A DNA stretch of 64,000 bases from positions 14,880,001 through 14,944,000 of the forward strand of contig OX597817.1 in the NCBI GenBank assembly GCA_951406725.2. The letters are read 5' to 3'. Each line of letters starts with the position of its first letter. The stretch's first letter is position 1. The notes under the pieces were generated by a model that was given only the letters and a program-made list of their open reading frames with translations, was not told where the DNA came from and searched no databases. The translations under genes and the position numbers were made by a program. Positions 25,621 to 38,210 of this stretch are shown here, one piece after another. The stretch is from Octopus vulgaris. Lineage: Eukaryota.

Positions 25621-26067
25621 TTTGCCAGAGAATTAGGAAATCCAGAGAGCAAGGTGTCACTGCGCATGTCAAACGGTGTAACAGCGAAAATTGTCCAACG
25701 AAAAATTGTCAGAATTGTCAGAAGAGGGAGACTTCAACATATAAATTCGATATCAACTTTCATTTAAGTCAGGTTCTAAGTAGAATTTCTCGCATTAAAT
25801 AATTTACAATTCTAGTTAGCTAAATCAAAAGCTAGTGTGCGATGCGGCTTCTTCGCCTCAAACTGAATATATATATATATAACATTATATAATTAGGGCT
25901 TAGTAAAATATATTACTTTGCCACATACTGAACTTTCTAGAAATAGCAGCCAAAAAGTTTTTTAGCCATTTCCACTACTTTAAGAATACGCCTTAAATGG
26001 TCCTTTTACATACTGAACACCACTTGGTGAAATTGATTAATAACTAATTAATTTTACCCTCAATTAT

Positions 26068-26102
<35 letters not shown>

Positions 26103-26158
26103 TAGTTGAATGAATTATCTTAGTATGGATAATTCGTTCATCTTGATGCTGACATAAG

Positions 26159-26257
26159 TTCCTTGTTTTTCCTGATGAGAAGGCGGCATAATGCACCCCT
26201 TATTCCTTCGAAATTAGGAATTTGCAGCCTTCGAAACATATGTCGAGAATAAAGGAA
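26159..26257 (+). ncRNA. Type I hammerhead ribozyme motif (Penelope-like repeat)
   Basis: CTGATGA at 26172, stem II GAAGGC/GCCTTC, GAAAC-ATAT-GTC (cleavage predicted after C26244), stem I TTCCTTgtTTTTC/GAGAAtaAAGGAA. Confidence 0.85.
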
Positions 26258-26321
26258 TTTTGTTAAATCGTCGTTCAACTCCATTTTTTCATTTATTTGT
26301 ATAAATAAATATATATATATA

Positions 26322-26689
26322 TCTCTATATAAACGGCAGTTTGTCTGTGCGTGTTTCTGTGTGTCTGTTTGCTTGTACCCTCACCCTGACCACGGCTTTC
26401 AACCGATTCTGATGAAACTTGACACACACATAGCCCAATGTCATAATTCAAAACTAACGCAGCGAAAATTTTGAAAAGTTCCCCCAGTTCTGAAAAAATC
26501 GATAAATTCGACATGGGGTCGAGAATCAGAAACACAAACCGCAAACTGTCTAGGGGACGCAACTCCACCTTTTTTTACTCTCAAAAAAAATTTACCATCA
26601 TTTTTTTCCATTTTTTGGCTATAACTCTCTAAAAATGCTTTATAGTTATTTCCCTTACAAATCCGAGCAACGCCGGGCGATACTGCTAG
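26322..26689 (+). mobile_element. Non-autonomous Helitron sharing its 3' end with 20554-20927
   Basis: A|TC start; ends CCGAGCAACGCCGGGCGATACTGCTAG|T. Confidence 0.8.
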
Positions 26690-28176
26690 TATATATATAT
26701 ATATTCCTTTTTCAGTCAACGAGGGTGTTCAATGCGTGGTTACTTGACCTGTTAAAAATAGAAGCCAAATCTTCCTCAGTTCATAATCTACCGCAGTGCT
26801 TTTCAAACATTTTGCTGGAGCGGAACCCCAAGGAAACATTCCACTGGCTCGAGGAACCCCTGTGCAATTATTTTAATAGTCTTATGCACACATATCTGCA
26901 CAGGAGAATTAAAAATTACTGCCGATTTTAGCAATTTTGTAACTTCTTGCAATTTACCATTCTAGTTAGCTAAATCAAAAGCTAGTGTACGATGAGGCTT
27001 CTTCGCCTCAAACTTTTATATATATTCCTTTTTCAGCCAACGAGGGTGTCCTCTACGTGGTTACTTGACCTGTTAAAAATAGAAGCTAAATCTTCCTCAG
27101 TTCATAATCTACCGCCTCAGAGAAGGGCAAGTTAGTATGTTCTGGGTTAACATAGGAAAAACACAGCATGGTCACAACTGGAATGCATTCGATCACGCAT
27201 CTCTTCGATCATCGCTGACCAGGGGACTAAAGGCAGCAAAATTACAATCAACTGGTAGTTGTCAAATGTTAAGCCAAAACTCATTTAAGATCATAGAGAA
27301 GTCAAATTACTGCAGGATTTAAAGGCTCAGGAAGAGATCAGTTATGTTTAGGAATTTATTTTCCAGTATAATTATGGAAACTTTTACAGATACATTTATA
27401 CGCACATTGATATACAGTTAGACAATATTTTATCACTTAACAGAAATATACTTTTCATATTTTATAGTTCGAGGTTCAGTATAGGAGATACCTTTAGTTC
27501 TTTCCGTTTGGATTCTTTCTAAACTAGGTGTCCAACCATTTATTTTATTCTTTAGCCAGTTTAAATTTTACATTCTACTAATTTTTCCTGAACAGCCAGC
27601 AAAGATTGGGATATTTAATCTATAAAAAATCACTTTGTTTATTTAGACAAGTCTTTTTAAGTGAAAGCCTATTTAATTATTAAAATATGAAAAAGCAAAT
27701 ATAAAATATTTATTCTGGCAATAGGTATCGTTGATTATAACAACCTCTGTATTTCGACGTTACTTTATTTTATCACCCAGGAAGGAAATTAGAAGCACTA
27801 ATGCAGGATATGAACTCATAACGCATATTAGCGCAACTAAATATTGCGCGATATTTCGCACGCGACTCTATCAATTCTGCCAATCTACCATATAAGCAAA
27901 TGACCAATATAATTTTCATTTGCAAGTACAGGAGACAACGCCCGGCGTATTTTACATTCTTTAGTGAAATGTATGGAGTTGTCTTTCGTATTGGATGATG
28001 AAGATATTAGTCATCAACTAAACCTTTTTTTTTTTCACTGTTAATACGAAGATACTTTTTAGACTTTTTGTTCACCTACATAACTAACAGGCATGACGTC
28101 ACATTCATTTTGTCTACACATACATTTTTATATTTAGTTTAAAGCAGGTTACTATACTTACTTAAAACACACACAC

Positions 28177-28448
<272 letters not shown>

Positions 28449-29375
28449 GTGTTGCATGGGCGTGGGTGTAAATTCGTGTGTCCTAAGTGTTTATTTCTTG
28501 TTCTATCTAGACAATATACATCTAGTAAGAAATAATCCGATAAATTAATGAATGATTTGAAAATAAGAAAAAGAGTTCTTTTTTACTCATCACTTTGTGT
28601 GAAATATAATTGCGAATTTAACGACCGTAATTTTATAAAAATATATTATATAATAATGAAGAGCAATTATCAAAGACGAAATGAAACCATTTCGTCTAAT
28701 AATTCATTTTATTTTAGTTCAGCATGTCCATTTGACTAATATCTAAAAGAAAAGTTTAACTATTTTATTGTAATTTATTCAGGTCAAAATCCGATGTGAT
28801 ATACTTAGTGAATCGAAAAACTCTGATCAACTAAGATAATCCATGCAATTTCTAAATAAGATTTGTTTGAAATTTAAAACCTCTCAGTATATGAGATAAA
28901 GATCAATAGATCGAAATAGTGGGACAGTATAAGAGGCAGAGTGAAGCAGATCTGTTCTTTAAAGCCAATGGTGAAAACTATGTTTCGATAATATTAAACC
29001 TCTTCAGCAAAATATCCTCATTTGATGCCCTAAGAATCATCACCGTGAGTGTGTGTGTGTGTGGGGGGGTAATGACGCTATAGTTTTTAGATTTTGATCC
29101 TTCTCGGTTGAACCATTTCAATCATATTATGTGTGGGAGACCCTACTGTATTTGTATTTATTATGCGGAAAGCTCCATCAAAGTATTTCTCCCAGCCATA
29201 TTGTTGATATTCATAATCACGATCACTGCATTCCCTTTATTTCTATACACATTAATCACTCTTGATCTCACTAACGGAGGATATACTTCGCTGATAAGCT
29301 CAACACCAAAACGCGCCGTTGTTTTCGCCAGCTGACTTTCAAGATTAGATCTTCTCCAACATACATTATCTATAG

Positions 29376-29554
29376 CAGTGCTTTTCAACATTTTTGCTGG
29401 AGCGGAACCCCAAGGAAACATTCCACTGGTTCGAAGAATCCGTGTGCAATAATCTAATAGTCTTATGCACACATATCTGCACAGGAGAATTAAAAATTAC
29501 TGCCGATTTTAGCAGTTTTGTAACTTCTTGCGGAACCCTGGTTGAAAACCACTG
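29376..29554. mobile_element. hAT (Charlie-like) MITE; truncated copy at 26794-26950
   Basis: TIRs CAGTGCTTTTCAAC / GTTGAAAACCACTG; 8-bp TSD ATCTATAG / ATGTATAG. Confidence 0.8.
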
Positions 29555-29996
29555 ATGTATAGTGTCAAAAAATGTTAATCAACTGAGCTTAATGGAATTA
29601 TCTCCCTTCTTTTACTTTATTTTCCGTTGGTGCTTTTAGCTTTCAGAGAGAGAGAGACGAAGATAGGTGAAGTTCTTGTCTAATTGCTTGGATGACTCTA
29701 TGAAATATAGAGGCGAAATTCCAGAAAAGCAAAATAATTTTATTATTAATTTTTCGTAAGATGTCTGTCTTCCGAAAGCCAATAGTCAACACTAAATCTG
29801 TGAATATATAATATAATGGAGAAAGATTAGAAGTATTTATATATATATTTATATAATATAAAATTAAGTTTCTTCATACATATGGTATTATATAAACTAA
29901 GAAAAAACCTGTGACACAGATTTATGAATTCAATGTTTTCGTTTTAAGTCTGACAAGTACAGATGTGTGAAAAGATGAGATAGTAAAAAATAAACC

Positions 29997-30142
29997 AGAG
30001 AGAGAGAGAGAAAGAAAGAAAGAGAATGAAAGAAAGAGAGAGAATGAAAGAAAGAGGGAGAGAGGGAAAGAAAGAGAGAGAATGAAAGAAAAAAAGAGAG
30101 AGAGAGAAAGAAAGAGAGAGAATGAAAGAAAGAGAGAGAGAG
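29997..30142. repeat. Polypurine (GA/GAAA) tract upstream of the RSU1 start
   Basis: About 145 bp, almost only A and G on the + strand. Confidence 0.9.
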
Positions 30143-30338
30143 GTGATGAGGGAAGGGCATGTAAGGAAAAGAGTGTAGGAGGATTGTGAGAATGTTCAAA
30201 TACTTGTTGCTGGCCAACTTCCGCTATGCCCATCAATGGTAAGGCCGTGCCAGTCGCTGGGATTGGTTGTACACACACTTCTACTACTGTCGATTCGACT
30301 GTCTATTAGCAAGAACACAGAACTAATAAGAAACTAAA

Positions 30339-31701
30339 ATGTCATCCAAACTTAAAAAGATCATCGATGAAAACAAGGAGCATGACAATCCCGAACTTGA
30401 TCTTGTTGATCGATCTATCACTGATCTCAACGATGTCCCGGGACTATGTAAGATTTTGTTTTGATTTTATTATTATTATTGAAATTGCATATTTAGTATA
30501 TAAACATACTGCAATTGTTTCTATTTCTATTTAGTACTACTTTTTTCCACCACCCTAAATATTAATATTAGTGTATAAGTTATCCTTAATTGTTCAAATT
30601 AATTAATTAATTAATAATTAATATATATATATATGTATGTATATATGTATGTATGTATGTATATATGTATATATATATATATGACTATTCATCTTTCTGA
30701 TATTTATAAACATTGTTTTCGGCCTTTGGTAAACTCCAAAGACAAGTGTTTATTACCTAATAATGATTCATTGATATGAAGCTACACTTTTGCAGAGAAA
30801 GTAGTTGATGTAGGACACCCGAGATTATAACTGGTATTTTTTGTTGGTAAATGTTTACCACCTCACCAGAATTTACCCTTTTATCGACCCTCCCTCATTC
30901 AAGAGAGTTTATATTCAGGACTTTGAGGCGAAACGAAATGCTTCAAAGCATTTGGACCGACGCCTTACCTCCTTGCCATTCCATTATCTTCTGTGTATTC
31001 CATGAAGTTGATGACCTGACCTGATTTACTCAAAAATATAACACCAACACTACTTCGTTTTCCTCTTCTTTTTTTAATTTTTATATTAATTACTCTCTTT
31101 CTAGATAATTTCCGTTAATTCAGCAACGTTGTGTGTCACCCACACATTAATTTGTTGCCGTTTAAATTTGGAAATAGTTTTGACTTTGAATTCTTTAGAA
31201 CTGTTATGATTCATTCGCACTCATTACCGTTATGTGGTGGCTCGACCTGCTAGAAATAGTAGCGACATTTCTCTCAAATCACCAGCTGGATAATATAGTC
31301 CTAGGTTCCCGGTTTCACAGGGGGAAAATAGACGAAATGATCCTGACTTAATCATTATTGGCCAGCTCCATCCAAAAATATAAAGGCCAAGAAGTTTTGA
31401 CAACTTTTATAAAGTAATGTCTATTCTTTGATTTAAATTGATTTTTTTTTTTTTTCACAATAGGAACGAAGTGAATGTTTTTATTCTTCAGAAATATTAA
31501 ATTTGGAAGAATCTTTTATTTTAAACCAACTGATTATAACATATAAATACAAAGAAACAGAAAAGGCTAAATATCGTAACTGTAGGACAATAATAGCATT
31601 GGTTCCGTGTTTCCGACGAACCAATTGTTTATTCGCTGCATTTCCGAACGATGCGAGTTATAAGGGGTTATCTATAACTCGTTGCAGAACAAATATCATA
31701 A

Positions 31702-31735
<34 letters not shown>

Positions 31736-32004
31736 TATGTATATGTACAAGTGTATGTATATACATATAACTATGTGTGTATGTGCGATTGATCTGTAGA
31801 TGCGTGTGTGAATATTGGCGTTCCCTGACTAACCAACCGTATAATTTTCTTTTGTGATTTAAATTTCAAACCAATAGCCAATCGTTTTAATCTAAATTTT
31901 CTTTACCTAGTGGTCAGCATTTCTTAACTCATAGTTATTTCGATCTTGGAAGGATGGACTTGGTGATAACTTAACTGTATTTTATTATTTTTTATTATTA
32001 TTAC

Positions 32005-32038
<34 letters not shown>

Positions 32039-32702
32039 AGTAATTTTTATTAACTTTTTTAGCTTTAGAATTTTATGAACTGTACCACGGATTTAATTAT
32101 TATTATTTTTCATCTCCATATGTGTTAGCCCTTTTTTTTTTTTTTTTTTTTATATAAAAAAAACTATTAGCTAAATATGTATGATAACGGTACTTATTAA
32201 TATTATATATACACTGTTATATATTTTGTTTTATTTTGTTCTGGCTACCTTCCTTTTTGTACAAATGTGTATTATATTATACAAGTGTAGCATTATGATG
32301 TATAAGTTTTTATATTTTACTTTTTTATATTTTTATATTTATATGTATATGATTATATAATATTTTTCACTATTATAACAAATTTAATTTAATTCTCTGA
32401 AGAGGCCGTGGGGCATCTTTGTTAATGCCTCATTTATACCTGCCTTTATGGCTTATAGGTTAAATGAGGTATGACTGTCCTCACTGCCGAAACAGCTGTC
32501 AGTTTTGATTTATTTGCATATTGTATTTGTAATTTTTTACTTATATCTCTTTATCTTTTTACTTTTACTATTACTGTATATCTCATTTCATTTTATATAT
32601 TGCCTTTACTCCTATGTAATGGTGTATTAAAGTATGGATTGAGTATCATCGGATAGTTGATGTTTTATTGATTTAAGTATGTTTCTCCATTCTCTAATTT
32701 TG

Positions 32703-32750
<48 letters not shown>

Positions 32751-32943
32751 GAAAGAATGGAGTTGAACGACGATTTAACAAAATTCCTTTATTCTCGACA
32801 TATGTTTCGAAGGCTGCATATTCCTAATTTCGAAGGAATATGGGGTGCCCTTGGCATATAGCTTCAACCGTGTTTTTCTGACGTGAATTTGCTATCCAGG
32901 TATCGGTTAACCGAATTATCCATACTAAGATAATTCATTCAAC

Positions 32944-32997
<54 letters not shown>

Positions 32998-35900
32998 CCA
33001 TTTGAGTTTGACGATTCGCCTTGCTTAGCGCTTTATAGGTGCGAAACCAATTGTCACTCTACAACTTTTAACTTCCTAAACAATATACATATGTATATAT
33101 ATATATATATGTATTGATGATGATGATGATGATGATATATATGATCATTTGACCTCCGCTTATTTTGCTGGCATGGATTGGACAAATGATGATGAATTTT
33201 TGAGGCAAATTTCCTACGGCCGGATGTTCTTGTCGCCAACCATCACCTGTTTCCAAATAAGGTAATATTTCTTCATGACAAAAACATGTTTTCACGGAAG
33301 ATTGGAAATGAAGGACACCGCATGCATGACGGTGACACTCATTTACAACTGTCACATGAGGCCAAAGCAAGAAAACAATAACACACGTATACACAGCCGT
33401 TCGTATATACATATATATATATACAACAAGATTCTTCTAATTTCCATTTATGAAATATATTAACAAGACTGATCAGTCTTGGGCAGTTGTAGAAGAAACC
33501 TGTCCAAAGCGGCTTACAGTGGGATTGAACCCTGAACCATGTAGTTAAGAAACAAACTTCGTACTACACAGCCATGGTTGTGTGATAGTATGTATGCTAT
33601 CTGTTATAGGCGCAGGAGTGGCTGTGTGGTAAGTAGCTTGCTAACTAACCACATGGTTCCGGGTTCAGTCCTACTGCGTGGCATCTTGGGCAAGTGTCTT
33701 CTACTATAGCCCCGGGCCGACCAATGCCTTGTGAGTGGATTTGGTAGACGGAAACTGAAAAGAAGCCTGTCATATATGTATATATATGTGTGTGTGTTTG
33801 TGTTTGTCCCCCTAGCATTGCTTGACAACCGATGCTGGTGTGTTTACTTAGCGGTTCGGCAAAAGAGCCCGATAGAATAAGTACTGGGCTTACAAAGAAT
33901 AAGTCCCGGGGTCAATTTGCTCGACTAAAGGCGGTGCTCCAGCATGGCCGCAGTCAAATGACTGAAACAAGTAAAAGAGTAAAGAGTATACACACATACA
34001 TAATTAAAGATTGGTTATCAGCTAAGAATGAAACATAATTAAGGATCCCGGAAAGTGATGCTTTCTGAAAAAAAATATCCCCTGTGATAGTTTTTCTGTC
34101 TCAAGTTGTAGACAACTCCTTATCACTTATTCATTGTTGGAAATGCTGTAACTCAATGATTAGCTTGTTGGAAGCCTATACCCATGGATATCATTGTTCT
34201 ACAACTAGGCTATCAGACAAATTACTCTGCAACATTTTCCTCAGGCTCTTTACATTCCCAGTTGAAATACTGCCAAGGTCAACTTCATTCATCCTTTCAA
34301 GTTTAATAAAATAAGTATAAGTACTATTTGAGTACTGGCTTCAATATAACTAGCTAATCCCCTCCCCCTATAATTGCTGGCTTTGTGCCAAAATTTAAAA
34401 CCATTATTGTATTATGCTATTATATATGTGTGTGAGTATGTATACCTCTGTATGTATACATTATATATATATCATCATCATCATCATCATCATTTAGCGT
34501 CCGCTTTCCATGCTAGCATGGGCTGGACGGTTCAACTGGGGTGTGGGAAGCCAGAAGGCTGCACCAGGCTCCAGTCTGATCTGGCAGTGTTTCTACGGCT
34601 GGATGCCCTTCCGAACGCCAACCACTCCGTGAGTGTAGTGGGTGCTTTTTACGTGCCACCCACACAGGTGCCAGACGGGGCTGGCAAACGTCCACGGACG
34701 GATAGTGCTTTTTATGTGCCACCGGCACAGAGGCCAGGCGAGGCTGGCAACGGCCAGACAGAAAGATGTTTACAGCACCTAGGTTTCCCAAGCGGTCACC
34801 CATCTAAGTACTAACTAGGCTCGATTTTGCTTAACTTCGGTGATCGGATGAGAACCGGTGTTTTCAAAGTGATATGGCCGTATATATTACTGGTGAAGGC
34901 TGGTTTATAGGGTTACCCTGGATTTCTCATCATAAAGGGTAGGATTGAACCATTTATATAATTGCATATTTCAACTTTAAATAGATACTTATAAATATTA
35001 TGTTCTTACTTAACCCATTTATTAAATGATAATCATAATCTTTACCTTAAATCGTTATTTCTTATTTTCAGTAAACCTTGAGCATCTGACCAGGTTGACA
35101 TTGAGTCATAATAAATTAACAGGTAAATATTTTTCAGTCCAAATATATTAAGAATGTTTCACATTTGTTGAGTACCAAATATTCTTCTCTGCATAATCCA
35201 AATAGTACTCTTCACCAATAGCATATAGAGATTGTATGTACATCATTATCGTTTAACGTCCGCTTTCCATGCTAGCATGGGTTGGATGATTTGACTGAGG
35301 GCTGGCGAACTACATGGCTGCACAAGACTCCAATCTTGATCTGGCAGAGTTTCTACAGCTGGATGCCCTTCCTAATGCCAACAACTCTGAAAGTGTAGTG
35401 GGTGCTTTTACGTGCCACTGGCACGGGGGCCCAGTCAGGCGGTACTGGCAATGACCTTGCTCGAATCTTTTTACGCATGCCACCGGCACAGGTGCCAGCT
35501 ATTGTAAGCTCATTCGTAGTGCAACATTTTGTTGTCTCTCTTGCCAAGAGGTTTCATTCTGTGTGTTTTAAATCATCGGAGCTGATTGCTAAGTTAATTG
35601 CAAACTTACACATTTTACTTAAGATGTTATCTCATAAAATTAGACCTAAATCTAAAAATGTAACTGAAATGGTTTCACATTGCTTACTTCCTCTCTGTGA
35701 TGTGAACTTGGCAATGACAGCTAAATAGAATAATCGTGAGTTCTACTCTATCTTTCAATGATGTAACTGTACCTTCCAATAATACCTTTTTGCTATTAAA
35801 CAAACTGTACCATTCAGAACTGTGCCAAAGACATCACAGCACATGTGACAGGATATGAACTGCAAACACTTCTGTCAACTAGGCCAGCATCCTTGACTCC

Positions 35901-38175
35901 ATCTCTGTGATGCTCCATTAAAATTATCCCATACCATCGTACAAACAATAACTCTGAGCACCTTTTCAAACTCCACCCATCTAACACCCGTGGACATATT
36001 TACAAAGTCAGAAAACAGCACAGCTCCCATGACTTCAGGAAACATTTTTTTCACGCTGAGAGTTGCTGAAGCATGGAACAAACTGCCGGCATCAGTTGTT
36101 AGTTGTCGGAGCACTGCATCCTTCAAAACTTCCATGCTTTCTGAGATTCGCCAACACCACACCTGATTTTCTCCCCTCCATACGCACACAAGCATGTATC
36201 TGACTCGTGCATTGTTCGCTTTCCAGACATTTGTGCATTACTGCATGTGCTTTATACGCACTGTCTGACAAGTTGTGGTGCATCTGAGCACTGTATGCAA
36301 TAATTTCATTATTATATTATTATTATTCTTTTCATATCTGTTTAAAAAAATATATTGAACTAGCAATCATAATAGAGATTTTATTCATTACTATCGTTCT
36401 AAGCTTTTCAATTTTATTTTGCTATCAATTTTTTTCATAGTTCTTTAGTTTCTTTGAACTATTTTGTATTTAGTACAATATTACACTCTACATAAGTTGA
36501 TGATGATAACAATGTTTGTTAATATGAAACCACTGTCAACTTTACACAGAGAAAAGGAATGAGTTAGTGTTCTGTTTAGCCATTCTTCAAGTATTTGCAA
36601 TGTGAGAGAAATGAATAGACTTTCTCCAAAATATAAAGCTTCCTTACCGCCTAAGCTTACTGCAAGTGGAAGCACTCCGTCGGTTACAACGATGAGGGTT
36701 CCGGTTGATCCGAATCAACGGAACAGCCTGCTTGTGAAATTAACGTGTAAGTGGCTGAGCAATCCACAGACACGTGTACCCTTAACGTAGTTCTCGGGGA
36801 TATTCAGCGTGACACAGAGAGTGACAAGGCCGGCCCTTTGAAATACAGGTACAACAGAAACAGGAAGTAAGAGTGAGAGAAAGTTGTGGTGAAAGAGTAC
36901 AGCAGGGATCACCACCATCCCCTGGCGGAGCCTCGTGGAGCTTTAGGTGTTTTCGCTCAATAAACACTCACAACGCCCGGTCTGGGAATCGAAACCACGA
37001 TCCTATGACCGCGAGTCCGCTGCCCTAACCACTGGGCCATTGCGCCTCCACTACTGCAAGTATACTTCATATTTCACAGTGTTTATCAATTAATTCACCA
37101 ATAATATTGATTTTTTTTTTTAAATGTTAAAATTAGAGACAAATGCAAGTTAGAATTTCCTTTAACCACTAACTTTTGAAACATTGTTCCTTTATAAGAA
37201 ATCAATTTATAAATTTAATCTTTTGTTAGATTTTGTCAAATGCAGTTACCTCAGTTTGATCTTGTGAAAAGCAATTATGCCCAGTCAGAGTATTTACCTG
37301 AAGAAACTGCTGTCAACACATAACAACAGGTTTAACTCAGGTTGTAATGGTACTAATACGACTAACAGAAATTATTGATTTGTTAACATTAGTTTGAGGC
37401 TGAAAGTTCACTTTTACGTGACTGGTTCTTTTTTATCAACTCTATTCATTTCAATATTCTGCACACTCAGTTCTATAAAATATTGGTTTCAAATTTTGAC
37501 AGAAGTCCAGTAATTTGGGGGAAGAGGTCATGTCAATTACATTGTCCTCGGTGCTCAATTGGTACTTAATTTATCAACCCCAAAAGGATGAAAGGCAAAG
37601 TCAACCTCAACAGAATTTGAACTCAGAATGTAAAGATGGACAAAATGCTGCTAATCATTTTACCCAGTGTTGTGGAGCATAATGAATGCACAGATTGGTG
37701 TTGTTTTAGTAGCCAGTAGTTCTTGTTTGTTTAGGATTAGGGTTAGGGTTTCAGCTAGGAAAGCCTCCTTGATTTGATTAGTTTAGAATGTAAACATCAG
37801 AGAGGAAAAAAATGCATTTCTACAATTGTTCTGCCTCAAGTTTCGAATACTCCCTTATCAGTTTTGTCATTAGAAATATAAGGAATGAATGACTGGCCTA
37901 TTGAAAACATCTGATATTGAGGATGCTATTGGTCACTAGTTTTGATATAAAATAATAAAACATTCCAAAATATGTTTATATGTTTATATAAATATGTTTA
38001 TATAGGCGCAGGAGTGGCTGTGTGGTAAGTAGCTTGCTAACCAACCACATTGTTCCGGGTTCAGTCCCACTGCGTGGCACCTTGGGCAAGTGTCTTCTGC
38101 TATAGCCCCAGGCCGACCAATGCCTTGTGAGTAAATTTGGTAGACGGAAACTGAAAGAAGCCTGTCGTATATATG

Positions 38176-38210
<35 letters not shown>

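Noticed and set aside
34766-34885. Functional 5S rRNA gene
   Set aside because: Solitary intronic copy, altered 5' end, no T4 terminator and fused to a LINE tail; reported as a retrocopy instead.
35041-35071. TACCTTAA before RSU1 exon 2 resembling a U12 branch site
   Set aside because: The intron donor is GTAAGA (U2 type) and a normal pyrimidine tract precedes the AG.
36960-37051. tRNA-like sequences at SINE heads (also 912, 9860-9930, 16356, 33609, 38004)
   Set aside because: They continue into SINE bodies, with a TSD in at least one copy, and lack a proper acceptor stem and terminator.
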